Shown: piece by piece, positions 15,594-25,047 of the stretch
Layout: every line of letters begins with the position of its first letter
Numbering within the stretch: the stretch's first letter is position 1
Sequence record: MN176224.1
DNA: 40,000 nt
Strand: one strand, 5' to 3'
Origin: Bacillus phage 031MP002
Program-made: the position numbers and the translations under genes
Notes under the pieces: generated by a model
Seen by the model: only the letters and a program-made list of their open reading frames with translations
The model's database searches: none
What the model was told of the DNA's origin: nothing

Positions 15594-16139
15594 TTGGAGG
15601 GTCATGACATGACAAGAACAGTACAATTAAAAATCAAAACGACTGAAGGAGATCAAAAGTTAACGAAGACGGTGAGCCATGACATTGAAAAAATCACGTT
15701 AGCGCAATTCACAGGCGTGTTTTTCCATGTCAAGCGCATCTTGAATTCTTTGCAGAAAGACGGTTCGGTCGCTGAACTAATTGAAACCACTTTCGGGGCT
15801 GACGGTGACGAACTTTCGCTTCAAGCGGAAAACCTCACACAAGCTGAGATTGAAGAAAAACTGAAAGCCGCAGACAATAAATTCATTGTGAAAATCATTG
15901 AATCTTTCGAGACAATTGCCATTCAATTACCTGAAGAAGCCATTGGGCTTATCTCTACATTAAGCGGCATTGACAAAGATGTCCTTAAAGAACAGGAATT
16001 GACGAAGTTCTTCGAAGTGTTTGAAGCGGTTCTTGAAGTGAATGACATCGAAGAACTAGTAGCCACAATAAAAAAGTCTTTGGGGGCGGCAACAAAAGCG
16101 TTCAAGTTTCTGAATCTAGGACGCCAAGCACGCCAATAA
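15594..16139 (+). CDS. Tail assembly chaperone (gpG-like)
   Basis: Position between tube and tape measure; ends in frame 0 shortly after slippery sequence ATA AAA AAG. Confidence 0.8.
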   Translation: MEGHDMTRTVQLKIKTTEGDQKLTKTVSHDIEKITLAQFTGVFFHVKRILNSLQKDGSVAELIETTFGADGDELSLQAENLTQAEIEEKLKAADNKFIVKIIESFETIAIQLPEEAIGLISTLSGIDKDVLKEQELTKFFEVFEAVLEVNDIEELVATIKKSLGAATKAFKFLNLGRQARQ

Positions 16140-16498
16140 AGGCGAAGACAAAAGCATATGAAGGGACAATTGCAGACATCTTGATCTTTCAATTGTCCCC
16201 AATTCTAGGGGGGCGGTCTGAAGTATTGGACGCCCCTTTTGTCGAGTTGCTGTCCCATTTTCAAATGCTGAAAGAGCGGCAGGAGAACGAAAGATACTTG
16301 AATTTTCTTTCAATGCACTATTCGAACCCTATGAGTGACAACAAAGGCAGGAAGGAATTCCTGAAGAGCATCACCCCTGAATCTCAGGCGTTCAAAACCG
16401 AAGCGGCGAAGGGGAAAGCGACCGTCACAGACCTTAACCTTCTGCGACAACTCAAACAACAGCAAATGCAAGAAAAGAGCATTAATAAAGGGGGTTAA
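16070..16498 (+). CDS. Tail assembly chaperone -1 frameshift extension (gpT-like part of gpGT)
   Basis: Slippery A AAA AAG at 16070-16076 in correct zero-frame phase; the -1 frame is open from the slippery site to 16498. Confidence 0.75.
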   Translation, partial: KKVFGGGNKSVQVSESRTPSTPIKAKTKAYEGTIADILIFQLSPILGGRSEVLDAPFVELLSHFQMLKERQENERYLNFLSMHYSNPMSDNKGRKEFLKSITPESQAFKTEAAKGKATVTDLNLLRQLKQQQMQEKSINKGG

Positions 16499-16501
16499 CG
16501 T

Positions 16502-19500
16502 ATGGCGGGCATCGTTTCTGAAGTACGTGCTAAATTTACGGCAACTGCTTCAGGAGTTAGAGACACACTTAAACAAATGCGTACTGATATGCAGAGTTTC
16601 GGGCGTTCGGCGGGCGAAGGTGTCAGAGACGCAAACAACAGCGTAAGGCTGTTTGATACCTCTATCCGTGGGCTTCAGCAACAAATGAGAGCGCTTGGAA
16701 GAGCGGGGCAAATGAATGAACTCACAAGCGCCCTCAGAACCGCTCAGAACGAAGCGAGAACATTCGGTATTGTCACAACAGAGTCAGCCAATAGAGTAGA
16801 CAGGGCGATAGCTGAAGCGAAGAATTCAATATCTAAGATGGGTGGTATCGGGGCGCAACAAATGGCGAACCTGCAAAACCACATCAAAACCGCTGAACAA
16901 GCTATGGCTGGGATGGGTAGGACAACGACCCAAACATACACAGGCGCTTCAAAAATGGCAAACCAAGCTACAAAAGCAACAGCTAATTTCCGTAAAACGT
17001 TCCTTTCCTTCACTGCGGCGGCGGTTGGTTTAACAGCGGTCACTACAGGAATGGGCGCATTGATAGCGGTCACTGACAACTATCAACAGGCGTTGAATCA
17101 CGTCCAAAACTCTACGGGAGCAACCGAAGAAGAAACTAGACAGATGGGACAAGCAATGCAGAATGTCTATGCCGCTAACTACGGGCAGGACTGGATGGAC
17201 GTTGCTGAATCAATGGCGCAAGTTCGAAAAGCTACAGGAGACGTAGGGAAATCGCTTGAAAATACCACAAAATACGCTTTAGGTCTTCGTGATACATTCG
17301 GATTTGAAGTGCAAGAATCAGCCGCAACCGCATCGACCATGATGAAACAGTTCGGTATATCATCGAAAGAAGCATACACCCTCATGGCGCAAGGGGCACA
17401 ACAAGGGCTTGATAAAAACGGAGACATGATGGACTCGTTCAACGAGTATTCCGTTTACTTCAAACAGCTAGGCTTCGATGCTGAAGGTATGTGGAATGTC
17501 TTCAAAGCGGGTTCTGATGCAGGCGCATTCAACATGGATAAGGTTGGGGATGCCGTCAAGGAACTCGGGATACGTGTTAAAGACGGTTCAAAATCTACGT
17601 CTGAAGGATTCAAGACACTTGGTTTGGACGCTGATACAATGGCGCAGAAGTTCGCCAAGGGTGGAGACTCAGCACAGAACGCCCTTACCACAGTATTCAG
17701 GAAGTTGGGTGAGATTGAAGACCCAGTGAAACGAAATGCCGCAGGGGTAGCCCTATTCGGCACACAGTTCGAAGACCTTGAATATAAGACAATTGTCGCC
17801 ATGGGTAAGGTTCGATCTGAAGCTGATATGTCAGCCAACACCCTAGACAAGATGAACCAAGTAAAATACAACTCACTCGGAGCGGCTCTTCAAGGGATTG
17901 GTCGCCAATTACTTGTTAGCGTCATAAACCCGATGCAACAAAAGGTTATGCCTGTAGTCAATGACATGGTTCAAAAATTCATGACCCATATGCCGCAGAT
18001 TAAATCAGCGGTGGAAGGCGCATTCAACACTATCGGCGATGTGTTTAACGCACTGAAGCCTACGTTCGAAAACGTCTTCGGAACATTGAAAAATGTAGCG
18101 CCTGCCATCCTCGTACCATTGGGAGCGGCGTTCAAAGGTTTGGCGGCTGTCATACCCCCGATACTAAACCATGTAACAGGTCTAGTTAGGTCATTCACAG
18201 GGCTTTCAGGATTCGCCCCGATACTAGGCGGGCTTATCACAGCGTTCGTGACGTACCAAACGACATTGAAGATAGTGACTGCCGCACAAAAGGCATGGGC
18301 TATCCTCGTTCGGTCGCAAATCATACTTACAAACGCATGGCGGGCGGCTGTCTTACTTCTAAATACCGCTTGGTTGGCTAACCCTATAGGATTGGTCATA
18401 GCGGCAATTGCGGGGCTTGCGGCGGCGTTTGCGATAGCATACAACAAGTCAGAGACATTCAGGAACATCGTTAACCAAGTATGGAACGCACTGAAGACGG
18501 GTTTCAATGCCGCTATAAACTGGATAACAACGACTTTGCCGTCTTGGTGGAACAACATTGTCCTATTCTTTCAAAACATTTGGAACTGGATAAAAGGGTT
18601 CTTCGCTAAGTGGGGAGTCGAGATTCTAGCGGTCATAGCGCCATTCATAGGCGTCCCTTTATTGATTGCCCAACACTGGAACACTATTAAAGCATTCTTC
18701 AGCGGCTTGTGGGCGGCTATATCAGGCTTCGTGATGGGATTCGTAAATAATGTCGTAACTTGGTTCACGAATTTAGGTTCAAAAATCAGTTCAACGACAT
18801 CAAGCCTTTGGTCTACCATCACAGGAATGTGGAACAGCCTTGTAGGGTTCTTCACTTCGATAGGTACAACCATCGCATCGGTAGCAACGGCACTTTGGAC
18901 TAACGTCAAAACGATTTTCACGAATGCCGTGAACAACATAAAATTCTTGATTCAGCCGCTTATCTCGTGGTTTAAAAACACATGGGAAAATATCAAGCTT
19001 GCTGTCCTTGGGGTAGTGTCGGTTCTCATCAGCACCCTGACAGGCGACTTCGAAGGTCTTAAATTAGGACTTCTCGCAATTTGGACAGCCATCAAGAGAC
19101 AGCTTCAAAATACATGGGACACACTGAAGGAACTTGCGATCAGAGCCTTTACTCTTTTGAAGACTGGTGTAACTAAAACCGTAACTCAATTGAAGACGGC
19201 TTTGACTACAGCTTGGAACTTCATAAAAACCGCTGTCATCAATGCGGTAAATAATATAAAATCCCGTGCAATTCAAATATGGGAAGCCCTGAAGTCTGGG
19301 GTCATCAAAACTATGTCGGCGCTCAAGACAGGGGTCGTTGCGGCATGGAATTTTGTCAAAACAGCGGTCATAAACGCAGTAAATAACATCAAATCCCGTG
19401 CGGTTCAAATATGGAACGCTTTAAAAACAGCGGTCATAAATTCGACAAATGCCTTGAAGTCAGGTGCAGTTAACGCTTGGAATGGTCTTAAATCAGCGGT

Positions 19501-20308
19501 GACAAGAACAGTCAGCGCAATCAAAAGTTTTGTCGTTAACGGATTCAACGGGGCAAAGACGGCGGCTATCAACGCATTCAATGCACTGAAGAGCGGTGTG
19601 AGCAACGCCATTAATGCAGTCGTTAAATTCGTCAGCGGCTTGAAGACTAAAATCGTTTCGACCATCAAGGGAATCAACCTGAGAACAATCGGGTCTAACA
19701 TCATCCAAGGTTTACTGAAGGGTATCACAGGCGGGGCGAAGGCGGTTCTCAACAAGGCGCAGGAAATCGCTGACGGCATCAAGAAGAAAATCAAAGGCGC
19801 TTTAGGAATCCATTCACCTTCCCGTGAAATGATTGCCCTTATGGGATACACAACACAGGGTATGGAAATTGGACTCGATGACGGCGAGAGTGACGTGACG
19901 AAGAAGGCTGGTTCATTAGCTTCAGGAATTATAGGGGCGGTGAGAAAAGCCACTAATTCGAACACGCTGAAGGCTCTTGGTAAGTCTGCGGCTGAAGGTC
20001 TGAACAAAGGTTTAGATTCTATGGTTCGCACCGTTCGCAACACTGCCGCAAACATGGCTACAGCCGTAACAGACGGGCTGGACATGACAGGCGCAGTATC
20101 AGGAGGACTTGACGCAGGGGCAACAGTCACAACGACTACAACTTTCAAACACGTCCTAGACCTCGTGAACGTACCTGCGAACATTGACCAAGCCACACTG
20201 ACCCAAATGCTTATGCAAGCTTTGGACAATCCACGAGTGCAAACAAAGCTAGACAGGACACAAGATGTCATTTACAAGCGGCAGGTAAGACCGCAAGGAG
20301 GTAAGTAA
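16502..20308 (+). CDS. Tail tape measure protein
   Basis: 1268 aa, Ala-rich coiled coil, 'TEEETRQMGQAMQNVYAANYG' minor-tail signature, repeated 'WNAFKTAVINAVNNIKSRAVQIW' segments. Confidence 0.95.
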   Translation: MAGIVSEVRAKFTATASGVRDTLKQMRTDMQSFGRSAGEGVRDANNSVRLFDTSIRGLQQQMRALGRAGQMNELTSALRTAQNEARTFGIVTTESANRVDRAIAEAKNSISKMGGIGAQQMANLQNHIKTAEQAMAGMGRTTTQTYTGASKMANQATKATANFRKTFLSFTAAAVGLTAVTTGMGALIAVTDNYQQALNHVQNSTGATEEETRQMGQAMQNVYAANYGQDWMDVAESMAQVRKATGDVGKSLENTTKYALGLRDTFGFEVQESAATASTMMKQFGISSKEAYTLMAQGAQQGLDKNGDMMDSFNEYSVYFKQLGFDAEGMWNVFKAGSDAGAFNMDKVGDAVKELGIRVKDGSKSTSEGFKTLGLDADTMAQKFAKGGDSAQNALTTVFRKLGEIEDPVKRNAAGVALFGTQFEDLEYKTIVAMGKVRSEADMSANTLDKMNQVKYNSLGAALQGIGRQLLVSVINPMQQKVMPVVNDMVQKFMTHMPQIKSAVEGAFNTIGDVFNALKPTFENVFGTLKNVAPAILVPLGAAFKGLAAVIPPILNHVTGLVRSFTGLSGFAPILGGLITAFVTYQTTLKIVTAAQKAWAILVRSQIILTNAWRAAVLLLNTAWLANPIGLVIAAIAGLAAAFAIAYNKSETFRNIVNQVWNALKTGFNAAINWITTTLPSWWNNIVLFFQNIWNWIKGFFAKWGVEILAVIAPFIGVPLLIAQHWNTIKAFFSGLWAAISGFVMGFVNNVVTWFTNLGSKISSTTSSLWSTITGMWNSLVGFFTSIGTTIASVATALWTNVKTIFTNAVNNIKFLIQPLISWFKNTWENIKLAVLGVVSVLISTLTGDFEGLKLGLLAIWTAIKRQLQNTWDTLKELAIRAFTLLKTGVTKTVTQLKTALTTAWNFIKTAVINAVNNIKSRAIQIWEALKSGVIKTMSALKTGVVAAWNFVKTAVINAVNNIKSRAVQIWNALKTAVINSTNALKSGAVNAWNGLKSAVTRTVSAIKSFVVNGFNGAKTAAINAFNALKSGVSNAINAVVKFVSGLKTKIVSTIKGINLRTIGSNIIQGLLKGITGGAKAVLNKAQEIADGIKKKIKGALGIHSPSREMIALMGYTTQGMEIGLDDGESDVTKKAGSLASGIIGAVRKATNSNTLKALGKSAAEGLNKGLDSMVRTVRNTAANMATAVTDGLDMTGAVSGGLDAGATVTTTTTFKHVLDLVNVPANIDQATLTQMLMQALDNPRVQTKLDRTQDVIYKRQVRPQGGK

Positions 20309-20310
20309 CA

Positions 20311-21045
20311 ATGCCGAACGGTATCAGTTTTAACGGAATACATTCTGATGACATGGCAGGGGTGCAAGTAGTCACGAACTACGGGAAGCCCCTGCTTCCT
20401 GAAATGGAAAACAGGTTCGTTTCGATTCCTGAGCGTGACGGGGTCATTGATCTAGGTTACACGTTCAAGGAAGTGGTCATTCCCGTGTCTTTTCAGCTTG
20501 TAGGGGAAAGTGTCACAGATTACTTTCAAAAGGCTGAGAGGGTAGCTAAATGGCTAAATACGAAGGAAGTGAAGCCGCTGACGCTAGATGCGATGCCTAA
20601 CAGGTTATTTATGGCTAGGATACAATCTCAAATAGACCCCGAACGGTTCGCATCTGTAGGGAAAGTGGAAGTGGAATTCGTTGTGCCTGATGTAGCCGCT
20701 ACAGGGTCAGAGGTTACGCAAACGATAACACAGGGAGAAAAGTACACATACAATGGGACGTACAAAACGTACCCAGTATTCACCATAACGATAAATGAAG
20801 ACATTTCTTATCTACGCCTGACTATAAACTCTTCTAAGTTTATTTTAGTCAACCGTTCATTCACGACAGGTGATATAATTACAATAGACGTAGGGAAGAG
20901 GAAAATAACGCTGGATGACGGAACAGACCTGCGTCCAGTGATGGATGTCTTGTCAAAATGGTTCTATATTGACGAAGACTATTCTTTCACTCTCAATTCC
21001 TCTACTTCTACTATCGAAATAGTATATTCTGAAAGGTGGCTATGA
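20311..21045 (+). CDS. Distal tail protein (Dit)
   Basis: 244 aa, 'FNGIHSDDMAGVQVV...SIPERDGVIDLGYTFKEVVIPVSFQLVG' Dit-like N-terminus. Confidence 0.82.
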   Translation: MPNGISFNGIHSDDMAGVQVVTNYGKPLLPEMENRFVSIPERDGVIDLGYTFKEVVIPVSFQLVGESVTDYFQKAERVAKWLNTKEVKPLTLDAMPNRLFMARIQSQIDPERFASVGKVEVEFVVPDVAATGSEVTQTITQGEKYTYNGTYKTYPVFTITINEDISYLRLTINSSKFILVNRSFTTGDIITIDVGKRKITLDDGTDLRPVMDVLSKWFYIDEDYSFTLNSSTSTIEIVYSERWL

Positions 21046-21048
21046 TGA

Positions 21049-24000
21049 ATGATTGAAGAATTAAACGTCATAGTTTTCGATAGAGACGAGGTGCGGGTGG
21101 CTGACCTTAATTGGTCATCCATCTCTAAAATTGTCGAAGTCGAGGACGTAGAAGGCGAATGCAAGCTTCAACTTGATTACGCAATCACTGAAGAAGATCA
21201 TGTTCACTTGTTAAAAGGCAACTTCATCGCAGTGCCTAGCTACGAAATGACAGATCAGTTCTATGTGTATGAAATCACGAGTATGGCACAGGATGAACAG
21301 CTTGTGTACATTGACGCAGATCACCGCTATATCACGGACTTAAACGGCGGCGAGGTCGTTTCATTCAATACGAATGATGACACTGCTGACGTTGCCATAA
21401 TTGCGGCATTGGAGAAAGAGCGGTGGGAAGTGGGGATTGTAGAAGTCACCACACGCCGCAAACGTTCAGTAAAAGACATGCAACCCCTAGAAGCGCTCAG
21501 ATACATACAACAGGAATGGGGCGGCGAACTTCGATTCCGTGTAGAACTACAAGGTTCAGGATTCCATAAATTTTACGTTGACCTATTGGAGCAGAGGGGA
21601 AGTTTCAACGGCGTCCGCTTCGAATTCGGTCACAATCTTTCAAGCTTCAAACACACGATACAAACAGACGGCATTGTAACGGCTATGTACGGGCGTGGGA
21701 AGGCTCAGGGTACTGTAAGTACCACAGACCCAACAGAAACGCCCACGGACGGAACTGACGTAACTGAGACGCAAGAAACAACCGAACTCGATGACGAACC
21801 ACTGACATTCAAAAATATCGAGTGGAGCGTGGCGAATGGTGACCCTGTGGACAAGCCTTTAGGTCAAGATTGGGTAGGTGACGAGGAAGCCCGTCTTATT
21901 TATGGTCGTCCTGACGGAAAGGGCGGGAAGAAACACATTTTCGGAATATGGGAAAGCCAAGCTGAAACAGAACTAGGGCTTCTACAAGAAACTTGGCTGA
22001 AGGTAAGAGAAAACCGTGACCCTCTCTTGAATATCGAAGCTGATGTAGTAGCGCTTTCCGAACTATCGAAGGAGTTTTCTTACGAACGTACACTTTTAGG
22101 CGACGATGTGTATTGCGTGGTGGAAAACAAAGGGCAAAACATCGCTGTTCGTGCCCGTATTTTAAAAATTGAACGGGATAGAAAAGAACCTGAAAGCACT
22201 AAATACGAATTGGGTAACTATATCCCTCAGTCAATGTCTAAACGTTTTGAAGAGGTCAAAAAAGAGACTGACATCACAAAAGCGAGAAGAGCGATATATG
22301 ACAGGGCGGGCGTCATCACCCCTGACAATAGAGTGCCTACAAGTGTGCTGGATGGTGTCATTGACGCCGTTCAGAATGCGGTTATCTCTTCTTTAGGACA
22401 TGTGTATCAAGATGAAAACGGAATCCTGATTCTAAATGCGGCAAAAGAAGACAACCCTACGAAAGCCATGAGGTTGAGCGGCGGCGTTCTCGCAATCGCA
22501 AACAGCAAGACCGCTAACGGGGAATGGAATTGGCGAACCTTTGGTGATGGTGACGGATTCGTTGCTGACGAAATCATCACAGGGACATTGAGGACAGACC
22601 TAATCGAAATACTGGGCGACTCTTATTTCAGATGGAACGGAAATAACCTTTACATTTTCGACCCTGATGACTCGCAAAAACAAATACGAATCGGCAACTA
22701 TGAGGATAGTAAATATGGCATTGCGTTCACGAAAGACGGCGGCTTGACTTGGAACGTAGCTTTGGATCATGACGGGTTTCACCTTAACTTCTCAGACATT
22801 CAAGGTTTGCAAAGCGAACTTGACAACATAGACAAGGACATCCAAGCAGGGAAAGAAGCCTTGGAAGCTTTGAAGCTAGGTATCAGGAACTTGGTCTATA
22901 ACTCTACCTTCAATCAGGACTTCCAATACTGGGCGGGTTCTATAGGGGAGGGGTTTTGGCACATCATAGCGCCTGAAGCTGACAAGCCTTCCAGCGCCAT
23001 CGCTACTATTGAGCGGCTTGACGCTTTGGATGTAGCTATTTCTTCACTGTATTCAAATCGTTTCGAATGCAAAACTGGGGATGAACTCGTCTTCTCTATG
23101 GACTTTAAAGTCAAAGATTTTTCGGCGTGGGACGTAAAGACGCCTTTTGTAGCCGAATTCCACAACGCCGCAGATGAGCGAATTGAGTTTCATGACGTGA
23201 CCCTAGAAGACCTTGGGCTTACCACGATGGAGAATGACACATGGTATAGAATTGTGTACTTTCACAAAATTACAACTGACGGAGTGGTCACGGGTAACAT
23301 TCGTCCTGCTTTATTCCAAAATGGAACACTATATGTCCGTGAAGTCATGGTTCACAAAGGGAATCACGAAGCGGAATACGTCCCTGCTATCGAAGATTAT
23401 GAAAACCAAATCACTGATCTAGGCACGAGGGTCAATAACGTTGAGTTATCCGTGACACCTGACAGCATCATTTCTACCGTCACTTCGTCCACGAACTTTC
23501 AACAGATTTTAGATGAAAAAGCTGATATGGACGACATAGGGAATCTAGTTACACAAGAACAGCTTGATGACCTAGAAACTGAACTGAAGGAAGATACAGA
23601 TAACAAGATCAACCAAATTGACTTCACGCCATACGTCACACAAACACAACTCACACAGACGACCAATGACATCACCACAAAGATAACCGCAGGCGGCGGC
23701 GTCAACCTGATTAAAAACTCAGTAGGGTATGCGGAATTCTATGCTTTCGAAACCGTTAGCGGTTCTTTGGAAACAAGACAGTCACCTGAGTTGAATGACA
23801 TTGGATTTGGTAGCGGCTTTTACAGCGATATAGGAAAAGGCGGCTACGCCGAACAAACTGTACCAGTTATCCCGAATCGTGAATATACCATTTCACACGT
23901 CATGAGGAAGACAGCGGATGCCACAACGCAAGGATGGGCGGGCGTAGACGTTCGTGACGGGGATTCCAACGAACTGATAATATTTGTTGGATTAGGGTCA

Positions 24001-25035
24001 AATGCAGGTCTTACTTCAGGCTGGCAGAAATTTTCGTACACTTTCATTCCTCAATCAGATTCCGTGAAGGTTCGTGTCACTATGGGGTCAAATGCAGTAG
24101 CTACCATCACAGGGCTGATGCTGAATGAAGGCTCTATTCCGTTAGGGTGGACACTCGCAACAGGAGAACTTTACAACACGAATGTGAGAACAGACGTTAA
24201 CGGAATCAGGGTTGCTCGTTTGAACGAGGATGGAGAAACCATTGGTTATAGTCAAATGACACCTTCAGAGTTTAGCGGGTCATACAAAAACGGGGATGGA
24301 GAAATCGAAAAAGTCTTCTACCTCAGCGAAGACGAAACCGTTTCAAAGAAATTCCGAGCGAAAGAAGAATTCACGCTAGGAACATTGAAACAAGTGAGGG
24401 TCAACAACACCTTGCACCGAAACCTTATAGGGCATTCAAACATCGAAAAATACGCTTCAGGATATGAAGAATGGAATCCCACTACAGGTTCAGCTATAAA
24501 GACAACTTCCGTCACTTTGTCGGGTGGTGGAAATTTACTAATGAAGAACGTTGAATCGACAACGGGTTTGGCGGCAGGGACAGCTTTCGGCATAACGACA
24601 CCTTCTGTCAATCTCGGGAGCCTAGTAGTAGACCAAGATTATACACTCAGTTTCTTGGCGGCTTGCCACCCTAACGCAGACCCTTCACTAAGTTACACTT
24701 ACATTGCGTACACGAGTAAAGGTAACCAAAAGCTGAATATACTGCCTATTTCTAACTATGAATTGTATGACACGATGACAGCACCTTATAATCTAAACAT
24801 TTACAGGGTGGTCGTACATTTCAAAGCAAGCTATTCAGATACATTCAGGGTGTTGTTCGGTAGTAAAACATCAGGTGACTTCACGGGAACAAGCAGAATA
24901 GGACTATTCTACATCCAAGAACCAAAAGTAGAAGCGGGAACGATTGCCACGGAGTACAATGAATCTTTAGGGGATACAGGACAAAACCCTATGCGTGGGT
25001 GGGCTATCGTTCCTACCACTGAAATAATAGACTAA
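21049..25035 (+). CDS. Tail endopeptidase / tail tip protein (Tal-like, PF06605-like N-terminus)
   Basis: N-terminal 'MIEELNVIVFDRDEVRVADLNWSS...' hub-like domain and long carbohydrate-binding-like modules downstream. Confidence 0.8.
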   Translation: MIEELNVIVFDRDEVRVADLNWSSISKIVEVEDVEGECKLQLDYAITEEDHVHLLKGNFIAVPSYEMTDQFYVYEITSMAQDEQLVYIDADHRYITDLNGGEVVSFNTNDDTADVAIIAALEKERWEVGIVEVTTRRKRSVKDMQPLEALRYIQQEWGGELRFRVELQGSGFHKFYVDLLEQRGSFNGVRFEFGHNLSSFKHTIQTDGIVTAMYGRGKAQGTVSTTDPTETPTDGTDVTETQETTELDDEPLTFKNIEWSVANGDPVDKPLGQDWVGDEEARLIYGRPDGKGGKKHIFGIWESQAETELGLLQETWLKVRENRDPLLNIEADVVALSELSKEFSYERTLLGDDVYCVVENKGQNIAVRARILKIERDRKEPESTKYELGNYIPQSMSKRFEEVKKETDITKARRAIYDRAGVITPDNRVPTSVLDGVIDAVQNAVISSLGHVYQDENGILILNAAKEDNPTKAMRLSGGVLAIANSKTANGEWNWRTFGDGDGFVADEIITGTLRTDLIEILGDSYFRWNGNNLYIFDPDDSQKQIRIGNYEDSKYGIAFTKDGGLTWNVALDHDGFHLNFSDIQGLQSELDNIDKDIQAGKEALEALKLGIRNLVYNSTFNQDFQYWAGSIGEGFWHIIAPEADKPSSAIATIERLDALDVAISSLYSNRFECKTGDELVFSMDFKVKDFSAWDVKTPFVAEFHNAADERIEFHDVTLEDLGLTTMENDTWYRIVYFHKITTDGVVTGNIRPALFQNGTLYVREVMVHKGNHEAEYVPAIEDYENQITDLGTRVNNVELSVTPDSIISTVTSSTNFQQILDEKADMDDIGNLVTQEQLDDLETELKEDTDNKINQIDFTPYVTQTQLTQTTNDITTKITAGGGVNLIKNSVGYAEFYAFETVSGSLETRQSPELNDIGFGSGFYSDIGKGGYAEQTVPVIPNREYTISHVMRKTADATTQGWAGVDVRDGDSNELIIFVGLGSNAGLTSGWQKFSYTFIPQSDSVKVRVTMGSNAVATITGLMLNEGSIPLGWTLATGELYNTNVRTDVNGIRVARLNEDGETIGYSQMTPSEFSGSYKNGDGEIEKVFYLSEDETVSKKFRAKEEFTLGTLKQVRVNNTLHRNLIGHSNIEKYASGYEEWNPTTGSAIKTTSVTLSGGGNLLMKNVESTTGLAAGTAFGITTPSVNLGSLVVDQDYTLSFLAACHPNADPSLSYTYIAYTSKGNQKLNILPISNYELYDTMTAPYNLNIYRVVVHFKASYSDTFRVLFGSKTSGDFTGTSRIGLFYIQEPKVEAGTIATEYNESLGDTGQNPMRGWAIVPTTEIID

Positions 25036-25047
25036 GGGGGAAACGGA

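Noticed and set aside
16181-16498. Separate gene starting with TTG at 16181
   Set aside because: The continuous open -1 frame and the correctly phased slippery heptamer make a frameshift extension more likely.
18600-19660. Internal repeats in the tape measure gene (WNxxKTAVINAVNNIKSR-type)
   Set aside because: Ordinary for tape measure proteins; reflects helical repeat structure rather than a novel element.
19405-20271. 288-aa minus-strand ORF opposite the tape measure gene
   Set aside because: Shadow ORF of a long Ala/Thr-rich coding sequence; no RBS or independent evidence. The same applies to the other minus ORFs at 17179-19408.
21049-25035. Search for variable-region signatures of a diversity-generating retroelement in the tail tip gene
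   Set aside because: No reverse transcriptase ORF and no template-like repeat recognised in the window.
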